Below are positions 48,779 through 57,589 of a DNA stretch of 64,000 nt, in pieces (position 1 is the first letter of the stretch; every line of letters starts with the position of its first letter). The position numbers and the translations under genes are program-made. The notes under the pieces are model-generated. The model saw only the letters and a program-made list of their open reading frames with translations. It was not told the DNA's origin and ran no database searches. The stretch is from Sedimentisphaeraceae bacterium JB056 (lineage in GTDB: Bacteria; Planctomycetota; Phycisphaerae; Sedimentisphaerales; Sedimentisphaeraceae): assembly GCA_044440125.1 (NCBI GenBank), contig JBITAJ010000022.1, forward strand, positions 64,001 through 128,000, read 5' to 3'.

Positions 48779-50182
48779 ATGGATTATATCAATCGGGAAG
48801 ACAAAAACTCAAAACCCAAAGACAACGGTTCTGCTCCTAAAATGGACTACATCAAGAAAGATGATGCCAGAGCTGTCCCAAATAACAATATTCTCAGCCA
48901 GGACGTGCCGCCTCAAGGTTACGGCCCTGTGAAGAACACCCCTGAACCGCGGATAACTCCTCAGCCTCAGAACTACGGAGCAAAGCCCAAGCAAACCGGC
49001 AACTCTTACCAGCAGCCGCAGACTCCGCCTCAATCTCAACCGCAGTCTCAATCTCGGCCGCAACCACAGCCACAGACGCCTCCGCAGTACCAATCACAAT
49101 ATCAGTATCAGCCGCAGACTCCATCTGCCGTCCAACCTCAGGTACAAAAATCAAGCAAGCTCTCTGATGGAGCAGGCATACTTTTCAAAGGACTCTGGCA
49201 AATTACAAAATATATATTCTTCGGCTTTTCAGTATTAGGCAATCTGATTCTTCTGCTGTTGATAATAGGAATCATTGCAGCAGGTTATTCCGGCTACAAA
49301 GGAAGCAGTAGTTTTTCAGGAATGGGTTCCGGCGCAGGAGAGAATTATTCCGAATACCTCATAATGGATGGTACCGCACATGAAAGAATCGCCATAGTAG
49401 ATGTTTGCAACGTGATAACTACGGAAACATCCGAAGCACTCAGGCAGCAGTTCGACATAGTACTCGCCGATTCAACGATAAAAGGTATTATCGTGAGAAT
49501 ACAAAGTCCCGGCGGTTCTGTAGTAGCCAGTGATCAAATCCATCACATGATAGAAAAACTCAGTGAAGAAAAAAGAGTTCCGATAATGGCATACATGGCA
49601 GGACTGGCCGCTTCAGGCGGATACTACACAGCAATCGCATGTGATAGAATCATTGCCGAGCCAACTACCATCACAGGATCTATCGGCGTAATAATGCAGA
49701 CCTTCACAATGAAGCAGCTCTTTGAAGAAAAGCTTGGCGTACAGCCTGTAACTGTAAAAAGCGGCTTGAAAAAGGATTGGCCCAACAGCTTCCAGGATGT
49801 AACACCTGAGCAGCGTCAGTATCTTGACGATAAACTTATCAGACCCGCCTATGACAGATTCGTAGATCTGGTTGATAAGGGTCGCCCGCTGCTTAGCCGT
49901 GAGCAGATAACTCCGCTTGCCGACGGCAGTATATACTATGCACAGGAAGCTATGGATAACGGCCTGATAGACCAGATCGGTTATCTTGAAGATGCGGTAA
50001 GTGCATTGAGCGATCAAGCAGGACTTACCGATCCGGAAGTATTCGGATATCAGGAAGTATTCGGTTTCGCCGATATACTCAGAATGCAGACATCATCACA
50101 AAACAACCTCCTGTCAACAGGTAAGGAGCTTGTCTCAGATATGCAAAGTCCCAAACTGATGTATCTCTGGCAGGTAGACTGA
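48779..50182 (+). CDS. sppA: Signal peptide peptidase SppA (S49) with long Pro/Gln-rich N-terminus
   Basis: IQSPGG, AASGGYY, TGSIGV, KSG, GLIDQIG; TM helix after a low-complexity N-terminal region. Confidence 0.9.
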   Translation: MDYINREDKNSKPKDNGSAPKMDYIKKDDARAVPNNNILSQDVPPQGYGPVKNTPEPRITPQPQNYGAKPKQTGNSYQQPQTPPQSQPQSQSRPQPQPQTPPQYQSQYQYQPQTPSAVQPQVQKSSKLSDGAGILFKGLWQITKYIFFGFSVLGNLILLLLIIGIIAAGYSGYKGSSSFSGMGSGAGENYSEYLIMDGTAHERIAIVDVCNVITTETSEALRQQFDIVLADSTIKGIIVRIQSPGGSVVASDQIHHMIEKLSEEKRVPIMAYMAGLAASGGYYTAIACDRIIAEPTTITGSIGVIMQTFTMKQLFEEKLGVQPVTVKSGLKKDWPNSFQDVTPEQRQYLDDKLIRPAYDRFVDLVDKGRPLLSREQITPLADGSIYYAQEAMDNGLIDQIGYLEDAVSALSDQAGLTDPEVFGYQEVFGFADILRMQTSSQNNLLSTGKELVSDMQSPKLMYLWQVD

Positions 50183-50197
50183 TAACAATCGCACTGC

Positions 50198-50237
50198 AAG
50201 GCTATGTTTATCTCAGAGGGTAAGCATAGCCTTTTTT
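50198..50237 (+). terminator. Intrinsic terminator after sppA
   Basis: AAGGCTATGTTTA ... TAAGCATAGCCTT followed by TTTT. Confidence 0.75.
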
Positions 50238-50265
50238 GAAAAAAGAAGTAAGAAGGAGAAAATCA

Positions 50266-51291
50266 ATGAAAGTAATTGTATTCAGCACCAAGAAATATGA
50301 TATTCAATATCTCGATCAGGCCAATGAGGAAGCCTCGCACGAGATCACATACATAGAATCAAGACTTTCAGAGGAAACTGTACGGCTGGCCGAAGGCTTT
50401 GATATAGCATGTATCTTCGTTAATGATGTAGCCAACAAAGCGGTAATAAAGGGACTTAAAGATTGCGGTGTCGGCGTTATCGCTTTAAGATGTGCGGGAT
50501 TCAATAACGTCGATCTTGATGCAGCAGAAGAATATGGCGTTTGCGTAGTAAGGGTTCCGGCTTATTCTCCTTACGCTGTTGCTGAACATGCGATTGCTTT
50601 AATGATGGTTCTTGATCGCAAGATCCACAGAGCACACAACAGGGTTCGGGAAGGCAACTTCACACTTCAGGGACTGGCAGGATTCGATATGCACGGCAAG
50701 ACCGCCGGCATAATCGGTACAGGTAAAATCGGCCAGTTAACGGCAAGAATACTCAAATGCGGTTTTGGGTGCGAGGTTATAGCTTACGATATTCATAAGA
50801 ATCAGGAGCTTCTCGATATTGGCGTTGAATACAAACCTCTTGATGAGCTTCTCAACAGAAGTGATATCATATCACTCCACTGCCCATTGACTCCTGAGAC
50901 TTACCACATAATAGACTCCGACTCTATAAGTAAAATGAAACAGGGAGCAATGCTCATCAATACAAGCCGTGGCGGCCTGATAGATGCGGCAGCTGTAATC
51001 GAAGGACTTAAAACCGGCAGAATCGGTTATCTTGGGCTTGATGTATATGAGGAAGAAGAATATCTGTTCTTCGAAGACCTGTCGAATGAAGTCATACATG
51101 ATGATGTTTTCGCAAGGCTAATGACTTTGCCAAACGTGATAATAACATCACACCAGGCATATTTCACCAAAGAAGCTCTCAGCAACATAGCCCAGACAAC
51201 CATTGAGAATATTACACATATTGAAAATCGCGGATGCTGCAAAAACGCAGTACTTTGCGAACGCGTCAAAGGTAAATCAAAAAAGAACTGA
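50266..51291 (+). CDS. ldhA: D-lactate dehydrogenase (D-2-hydroxyacid dehydrogenase)
   Basis: ALRCAGFNNVD, RVPAYSPYAVAEH, GTGKIG, NTSRG, LDVYEEE, TSHQA; AAGGAG RBS before the ATG at 50266. Confidence 0.92.
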   Translation: MKVIVFSTKKYDIQYLDQANEEASHEITYIESRLSEETVRLAEGFDIACIFVNDVANKAVIKGLKDCGVGVIALRCAGFNNVDLDAAEEYGVCVVRVPAYSPYAVAEHAIALMMVLDRKIHRAHNRVREGNFTLQGLAGFDMHGKTAGIIGTGKIGQLTARILKCGFGCEVIAYDIHKNQELLDIGVEYKPLDELLNRSDIISLHCPLTPETYHIIDSDSISKMKQGAMLINTSRGGLIDAAAVIEGLKTGRIGYLGLDVYEEEEYLFFEDLSNEVIHDDVFARLMTLPNVIITSHQAYFTKEALSNIAQTTIENITHIENRGCCKNAVLCERVKGKSKKN

Positions 51292-51319
51292 TTAGATATT
51301 TATGAAAGGTTTTATTTTT

Positions 51320-52276
51320 ATGCTTAAATACTCAAAAATTCTGACAGCAATCATAGTGATATCAACCTTTTCAGGGTTGACTTGTGCCCATACTATCATT
51401 GATGGATTTGACAAAGTTTTGATATATGAAAACACTTTCGACAACTTCGACCAGATTGACGACTGGGTAATGGAAGGACCGGGCAAGAAGTATCTGTCGG
51501 GCAACCAAATGATGCTCATCCCAGATGCCCAGCAGTATGTCTATAGAAAATGGGAACAGTGCGACCGTAAAATCCTTGACGCCAGAACTGAGTATTACGC
51601 TGCGGTTAGGGAGGGGCTTGCCGAGGTAAACCCTTCAATGATAGAAAAAGTTTCAAATGATAAAGGGCAAATAGTAGGCGGACACATCGTATGCTGGAAC
51701 AAAGCTTTCGAAACGGCTGACGACTACGTAATAGAGTATGACTTTAAACCAATGTCGCCGATAGGACTTGGAATCATCTTCTTCAGTGCCAAAGGCATTA
51801 ATGGCGAAGATGTGCTTTCTCCAAAACTAAAGCCTCGCAGCGGAGTATTCATGCAATACCTCAAGAGCGATCTTGACTCATACCATATCTCATACTGGGC
51901 AAATAATGCGGCGATTGGCAAACGCGGCACATGCAACCTGCGAAAAAATGCAGGCTTCTTCTGCCTTGCAAACGGTGATGACCCAAGCGTGAAAAATCTT
52001 GATTACTCCAACGAGACTTTTGACTTTGAAACTTATAAGGTAACTCTTATAAAACTCAAAAACAGAATTGTATTCGCGATAAATGATGAAATTGCTATCG
52101 ACTACACAGATAACAGATATAATGATATAATGGCTGAAGAAGGTGTCGACATCATTAAGGAAAAAAATGTGGATACCGGCAAGGTACATGGAGCCGGAAG
52201 AATTGGTCTTCGCCAAATGGTAGGACTTATCGGCCTCTACGACAACTTCAGGGCATACAACCTGATAGAAAAATAA
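51320..52276 (+). CDS. Secreted DUF1961 (YesU-like) beta-sandwich protein
   Basis: Signal peptide; DWVMEG, GLGIIFFSA, SYHISY, CNLRKNAGF, GRIGLRQM. Confidence 0.75.
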   Translation: MLKYSKILTAIIVISTFSGLTCAHTIIDGFDKVLIYENTFDNFDQIDDWVMEGPGKKYLSGNQMMLIPDAQQYVYRKWEQCDRKILDARTEYYAAVREGLAEVNPSMIEKVSNDKGQIVGGHIVCWNKAFETADDYVIEYDFKPMSPIGLGIIFFSAKGINGEDVLSPKLKPRSGVFMQYLKSDLDSYHISYWANNAAIGKRGTCNLRKNAGFFCLANGDDPSVKNLDYSNETFDFETYKVTLIKLKNRIVFAINDEIAIDYTDNRYNDIMAEEGVDIIKEKNVDTGKVHGAGRIGLRQMVGLIGLYDNFRAYNLIEK

Positions 52277-52334
52277 ACACAGATATTGTGAATTAAGCAG
52301 TGAGACTGTAATTATTAATTCTAAAATATCCAGA

Positions 52335-52748
52335 TTGGCTTTCCATAGTAAATGCATCTGTATTTCAACAGCATGCTCATTAATTGGAGCATTAGCCGCC
52401 TATTACATAATACAGGCTACCGAAATTTATTACGGAATTGCTTCGCGCGAAGCAATAATCGGCTTATCCGCTTACTTAACAAGTTTATCAGGTGTTCATC
52501 TCTTCTGTCATCTTGATAAGAACTGCAAAATACCCGCAAAAAGAGCTTTCGTAATATTTACGATAATGATCGCATGGGTTCCTGTGTCCGGAATAGCCTA
52601 CGGAACGGCTTGTTTTTTAATCGCAAAATTGACTGGCATAAATAATATTTGGATAGCCTTGACTGCTTATGTATTATTTTACATACCTGTCAATATCCTT
52701 GTAATATATGATTTATTTATATTCCGCAAGAATTTAATTGAAGAGTAA
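52335..52748 (+). CDS. Hypothetical four-TM membrane protein
   Basis: Four hydrophobic segments; fills the gap up to the terminator; TTG start uncertain. Confidence 0.5.
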   Translation: MAFHSKCICISTACSLIGALAAYYIIQATEIYYGIASREAIIGLSAYLTSLSGVHLFCHLDKNCKIPAKRAFVIFTIMIAWVPVSGIAYGTACFLIAKLTGINNIWIALTAYVLFYIPVNILVIYDLFIFRKNLIEE

Positions 52749-52777
52749 TCGTAAAGGAAGTTCGCTTTACACTATGT

Positions 52778-52822
52778 AACGCTCTCCTGCCGCTGCCTAT
52801 AATACAGCGGCAGGAGAGCGTT
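52778..52822. terminator. Strong hairpin between convergent genes
   Basis: Perfect 18-bp stem AACGCTCTCCTGCCGCTG / CAGCGGCAGGAGAGCGTT with a 9-nt loop. Confidence 0.75.
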
Positions 52823-52840
52823 TGAAAAATGTTAAGGTGA

Positions 52841-53131
52841 TCAACGAGCGTATGTAAGACAGTCCGCATGATCTTGTTTATGACCGACAGAAATACAAGA
52901 AGCGGAACATTCCAATCTGTCATTGTGTCTACAATTGCTCATGTGGCATGCACCTACATGTCCACTTTGCGACGGATCCCCACCGTCACATTGCGATTCC
53001 TTCTCACTCCAGAATGTATCACACATAGCCCCTTTCTGGTCGCCTACTGTAATTGCAAGGGCATGACATTGGTGCTTTTTATTGTATGCACATTCCTCTA
53101 CATCACATGATCTAATATCCGGCATCTGCAT
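52841..53131 (-). CDS. DUF1540-like Cys-rich protein (two repeats)
   Basis: CDVEECAYN...CHA..ITVG...AMCDTF and CHMSNCRHN...CSA..ISVG...ADCLTY; AAGGAG RBS. Confidence 0.8.
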   Translation of the reverse strand: MQMPDIRSCDVEECAYNKKHQCHALAITVGDQKGAMCDTFWSEKESQCDGGDPSQSGHVGACHMSNCRHNDRLECSASCISVGHKQDHADCLTYAR

Positions 53132-53311
53132 AATTAGTTCTCCTCTTTAAAAAGTAATTAAATATTCTTGACTGATTCTACACATCACAGCGTTTATATT
53201 CAATTGGCATATTACTGATTTTTGAGTAGTAAAAACCTAATAGAGGTAAGTAATATCGCGGTTGCCTGTTATTAAGATGTAGAACGTGCAAAGCCATGAA
53301 AATCAAAATTT

Positions 53312-54190
53312 TCATGCCTGAAGATGTTTGCTTCTGTATTTTTTTGGGCTGATGCCGTGGAATTTGGTGAAATTTCTTGAGAAATGGTATGGATCCTCAA
53401 ATCCTACAAGCATCGCTATATTCTTGACGGGCAAATCGGAATTGAGGAGCAGTTGGCCTGCCCTGTTCATCTTCAGCCGCATCACATACTCCTGAGGAGT
53501 TATTGAACCGTAATTCTTGAATAATCTTGCCATATATCGAATATTGACACAGCAATTATCAGCAACGTCAGAGATGGAGGTAATCTCAGAAAAACGCTGA
53601 TCGATATAACTGCGGCACCGGTGGTATGTCTTTTCCGACTCGCTATGCAGCCGCCCTTTCTTTACATCATTAGCTGCCTGCTCAAAAAGGAGGCTTTTGA
53701 GATAAGCACAGCACAATTCCTGACTGAACGGTGATTTCTCAAGACCTGTATCGATTATATTAGAAAACGCCTGGAGGCTGCGTTGCGGATCATAACTCAT
53801 CATTGAACCACGTTTTACAATATGGCACTTCTCAAAGATATCCTCAACACCACTGCCGGTTATAACAAGAAAAATATGCTCCAAAGGATCGCTACTGTCA
53901 ACACTGTATTTATGACGCATTCCTGGGGTAAAACCCGCTATCACGCCGCTTGTTATCTCATGTTCAACACCATCTATTTCTATGAAACCACGGCCCCTGA
54001 TGCCGTACTCGATTACATAATAAGGGTAGCTTTGTCTTTCAAGAAAGAAATCGCCCGCACAAAGTTCATGGCCGCCGCACACAATCGCAAATTCTGCTTG
54101 ATGCTCTGGACCTATGTCATAATAAAAATATTCGGCCTGACGGATATTGCCGGGCCGACCATGTGAATATTGAGACTTAATGTGTTCCAT
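53312..54190 (-). CDS. AraC-family transcriptional regulator
   Basis: N-terminal cupin; C-terminal VKNIAMLVGFEDPYHFSRNFTKFHGISPKKYR. Confidence 0.92.
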   Translation of the reverse strand: MEHIKSQYSHGRPGNIRQAEYFYYDIGPEHQAEFAIVCGGHELCAGDFFLERQSYPYYVIEYGIRGRGFIEIDGVEHEITSGVIAGFTPGMRHKYSVDSSDPLEHIFLVITGSGVEDIFEKCHIVKRGSMMSYDPQRSLQAFSNIIDTGLEKSPFSQELCCAYLKSLLFEQAANDVKKGRLHSESEKTYHRCRSYIDQRFSEITSISDVADNCCVNIRYMARLFKNYGSITPQEYVMRLKMNRAGQLLLNSDLPVKNIAMLVGFEDPYHFSRNFTKFHGISPKKYRSKHLQA

Positions 54191-54235
54191 AAGTCGTTGA
54201 AATCAAATGTTTAGAGACAAAAAAGCGATGGAATT

Positions 54236-54784
54236 TCAAAAATCATATCTAACGCGATCTGATGATATATCACAGTTATGACAGATACCATCTATCAAAC
54301 TCTGAATACTCTTTCGCTGCTTAGCTGTAATCTTCTGATCACCAATAACACAAATACGAACATAACCGGGCATCTGCCAGTTACCTTCCTCCATACATGG
54401 ATACTGGTTGCTCCAACGGGCAGTAGGCTGTATAAGGCCGTCATTCTCAGTGCCTTCACCGCCAGTACCAAATCCGTTACAGATTACAAAATGATAATTA
54501 AGCAAATCGCTTGAAGACAAATCCTTTGCCAGTGTGAGAGTTGATATGTCGCCTGCCTCTGTACTGCTTTTCTCAAGGCTTACACCTCGCCATTTGAATG
54601 GAACCGCACTTGAAGAAATGCTTAGAACATCAAGTGAATAAGCAGAATTGACATAATAGCTGCTAAGACTGAACTGAGTCGAACTCCCTTTCTCAGTCTG
54701 CAACATACCCAACAGGCCGGTAGTCAACGTCATTGCAACTACCAGGACCATCCATACCCTAATTGTCCTGCGTGGGGTGTTCAC
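54236..54784 (-). CDS. Membrane-anchored N-acetylmuramoyl-L-alanine amidase (Amidase_2)-like protein, degenerate
   Basis: GTG start with GGAGG RBS; N-terminal TM; NYHFVICNG, DGLIQPTARW, RICVIGD, TAKQ..S...L scaffold motifs. Confidence 0.6.
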   Translation of the reverse strand: MNTPRRTIRVWMVLVVAMTLTTGLLGMLQTEKGSSTQFSLSSYYVNSAYSLDVLSISSSAVPFKWRGVSLEKSSTEAGDISTLTLAKDLSSSDLLNYHFVICNGFGTGGEGTENDGLIQPTARWSNQYPCMEEGNWQMPGYVRICVIGDQKITAKQRKSIQSLIDGICHNCDISSDRVRYDF

Positions 54785-54949
54785 AGTAACCTCCGTGACC
54801 GTAAAACTTTAATACTTTTCTTATTTATAACCGATGTATTGACGATACCACTAAATAAGCTTGAATTCAAGAGAAAAATTGTATTTTTTATACATTTTTG
54901 TAAAATTCAGTAATTTTTCCCAAATACTTTATTTTGCAACAGGTTAGTG

Positions 54950-54977
54950 TTGACCAAAGCAGATATTAAAATATAAT
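54950..54977 (+). promoter_or_regulatory. Sigma70 promoter of the coaD operon
   Basis: TTGACC-16 bp-TATAAT about 97 bp upstream of coaD. Confidence 0.5.
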
Positions 54978-55074
54978 GAATTCAAGAGCGTCAAAGAAAT
55001 AACTTGACACGTAAAATTAATAATATGGCTATAAATGCCTACTCATTTGATTATTAAATTTCACACTAAAGAAA

Positions 55075-55578
55075 ATGAAAAAAAAGCATGTAAAAGCAGT
55101 TTTTCCCGGTTCTTTTGACCCGATAACCAGCGGACACATTGATGTCATAAATCGCGGCATCAAGATGTTTGATGAACTTGTTATAGCCGTAGGTGAAAAC
55201 TCCGTCAAGACTCCTATTTTCAGCGGGCAGGAAAGAGTGGAGATGATTCAGGAGATATTCAAAGATAGAGACGATGTTTTAGTTGAGAAGTTCGAAGGCC
55301 TGACCGTTCAGTACGTAAAGGAAATAGGTGCAAACGTTATACTTCGAGGACTACGAAACCTGACAGATGTTCAATACGAGTTTCAGCTCGCAATGACCAA
55401 CCGCGCAGTCGCAGGCATTGAAACCGTTTTCATTATGACAAGCGAAGAGTTCGGCTTTGTGAGCTCGACTCTGATACGTGAGGTGGCATCGCTTGGCGGC
55501 GATGTTTCCAACCTGGTTCCGGAAAACGTTTACGCGAGACTAAAAACCAAACTCAAAGACCTCAAGATCGAAAACTGA
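55075..55578 (+). CDS. coaD: Phosphopantetheine adenylyltransferase
   Basis: FPGSFDPITSGH, RGLR, YEFQLA, VSSTLIRE. Confidence 0.97.
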   Translation: MKKKHVKAVFPGSFDPITSGHIDVINRGIKMFDELVIAVGENSVKTPIFSGQERVEMIQEIFKDRDDVLVEKFEGLTVQYVKEIGANVILRGLRNLTDVQYEFQLAMTNRAVAGIETVFIMTSEEFGFVSSTLIREVASLGGDVSNLVPENVYARLKTKLKDLKIEN

Positions 55579-55582
55579 TTCA

Positions 55583-55951
55583 ATGTACACCGTTATTCTG
55601 AAAGAAAACTTCAGGGCCTCTCATTACGTAAGAATGCCTGATGGTTCCATTGAGAAGCCCCATAATCACGACTGGAAACTGGAAGTTGCCGTAAGTACTG
55701 AGGAACTCGACAATAACGGGTTTGCAGTAGAATTCCTTTCACTCCAAGATACTATAAGGAACGTACTAAAGAAACTGGACAGCAGAGATCTTAACCAAAT
55801 CGATGATTTTAAACCGAACTTTCCTACCACGGAAATAGTATCTAAGTATGTATACGACAATATAAAAAAACACTTGCCTTTTGGGGTTGTTTTGGAGTAT
55901 ACTCTATTAGAAGAATCCAAGGGATGTTACATAAGATACACCGAACAGTAA
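55583..55951 (+). CDS. 6-pyruvoyl-tetrahydropterin synthase (QueD/PTPS) family protein, Glu-type active site
   Basis: FRASH, EKPHNH, PTTE, LEE T-fold motifs. Confidence 0.85.
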   Translation: MYTVILKENFRASHYVRMPDGSIEKPHNHDWKLEVAVSTEELDNNGFAVEFLSLQDTIRNVLKKLDSRDLNQIDDFKPNFPTTEIVSKYVYDNIKKHLPFGVVLEYTLLEESKGCYIRYTEQ

Positions 55952-55966
55952 GCGGAGGTTTGTATC

Positions 55967-56479
55967 ATGATTTGCGAACGATGTAAAACCAATGTTGCTA
56001 CAATCCATATGACCGAAATAGTAAACGGTTCAAAAAAAGAAATCCATCTTTGCGAAGAATGCGTAGAGAAAGATTTTATACTTCCATATTTCAAAATGTC
56101 TTTTGCCGAGCTGTTCAAGAACATTACATCAAGTGACGCCTCTCAACCCGCAAAAGCCTTAGACTCCTTAAAAAGAAAGAAACGACAAGTCAAACTCAAA
56201 CGATGCTGGGCATGCGAATCAGAATATGCTGAATTCGACCTTTTCACTAATTTCGGCTGTGCTAATGACTACCAGTTGTTTTCAAAACAGATTGATGCTG
56301 TGCTTCGCAAATACAATAACGACAACTCAGTTCATACCGGTAAGCTTCCTTTGAGAAGCCTTGAAAAAACAAGAAGAGAAAACCGTTCAATGCTGCTCCA
56401 TATGCGAATAGAAAATGCCGTTAAGAGCGAAAATTATGAACTTGCCGCTAAAATGCGAGATAAACTCAAAAATCTTTAG
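55967..56479 (+). CDS. mcsA: McsA-like protein (CxxC motifs plus UVR domain)
   Basis: CERC, HLCEEC, CWAC, GCANDY, HTGK, ENYELAAKMRD. Confidence 0.88.
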   Translation: MICERCKTNVATIHMTEIVNGSKKEIHLCEECVEKDFILPYFKMSFAELFKNITSSDASQPAKALDSLKRKKRQVKLKRCWACESEYAEFDLFTNFGCANDYQLFSKQIDAVLRKYNNDNSVHTGKLPLRSLEKTRRENRSMLLHMRIENAVKSENYELAAKMRDKLKNL

Positions 56480-56518
56480 CAATTCATAGTTCAGATTTTG
56501 CAAATTCAAAGGATTAGA

Positions 56519-57556
56519 ATGGAACAACATCTTACGGATATACACAAACTTATACCTTTTCAAAATGACGGATCAGTAATCCAGTCGAGCACTATATCGT
56601 TATCAAGAAATCTTACCGGATACAAATTTGTCCCCAAGGCATCCAATACGGAACTGCAAGAGATTTTAGACGAAGTCTGCGATTGTATATCAGAAGAGCT
56701 TAATAATGACTACACTTTTAACGAGCCTGACTTCCAGGATCCGTTTCTTGGTGATCTACTCGTCGAAAACCAGACAACTTCAGTAAATTTTGAACAAAAG
56801 AATTGCCCCAGAGGTACATTGATATCTGATGGGACACAAACTGCGATCGTAATCAACGATTTGGATCATATAAAAATACAGACACGCCGCAATTTCCTGC
56901 AAACAAAAGAATGCTGGCTGGAAGCAGATGGAGTTGACGATCTTATCGAAAGCAAGGTGCATTACGCTTTCAGTCCACAATTCGGGTACCTCACTACCAG
57001 CCTTGAAAACGCCGGAACAGGTTTAAGAGTAAGCATAGCCATGCATCTTCCAGCTTTAGCAATGCACGGCAAAATCGGAGATCTTTATGATTTTGCCGAA
57101 GCCAAAGATCTCGACATAAGCGGCTGCCGTGGTGACTGCGACCCTGAGGGCGATCTCTTCTGTATAAGCAACAACATAACAATAGGCAAATCTGAAGAAG
57201 AAATAATCACATACGTCAATAAAATCGTTACCCGAATTGCACAATTCGAACTTCAAACAAGAAAGCTTCTGGTCTGCGAGCAGTACGACAATCTTTCAGA
57301 CTCAGTAAACAGAGCCCTTGGAACGCTGAAATATGCCCGTATGATAAACTATATTGAAGCAGCCAATCTTATAAGCAAAGTCAAGCTCGGAGCTATGACC
57401 GGCATACTAAAGGGTATTGAACCTGAGACAATCGAAAAATTACTGAAAATGATCAAGCCTGCACAGCTCAATTATGACAATTGCGAGGTTCTTGAGTACA
57501 ATAAGGAAGAGTCAATTAGAGCAGATATGATACGATCGGCACTAAGCTCATTTTAA
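56519..57556 (+). CDS. mcsB: McsB-like ATP:guanido phosphotransferase, catalytically degenerate
   Basis: Follows mcsA; LSRNL, DHIKIQ, FGYLT, GTGLRVS, HLPAL, ISN.ITIGKSEE. Confidence 0.8.
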   Translation: MEQHLTDIHKLIPFQNDGSVIQSSTISLSRNLTGYKFVPKASNTELQEILDEVCDCISEELNNDYTFNEPDFQDPFLGDLLVENQTTSVNFEQKNCPRGTLISDGTQTAIVINDLDHIKIQTRRNFLQTKECWLEADGVDDLIESKVHYAFSPQFGYLTTSLENAGTGLRVSIAMHLPALAMHGKIGDLYDFAEAKDLDISGCRGDCDPEGDLFCISNNITIGKSEEEIITYVNKIVTRIAQFELQTRKLLVCEQYDNLSDSVNRALGTLKYARMINYIEAANLISKVKLGAMTGILKGIEPETIEKLLKMIKPAQLNYDNCEVLEYNKEESIRADMIRSALSSF

Positions 57557-57589
57557 TATAACATCAGATTTACTTAACAGAGAGATTAA

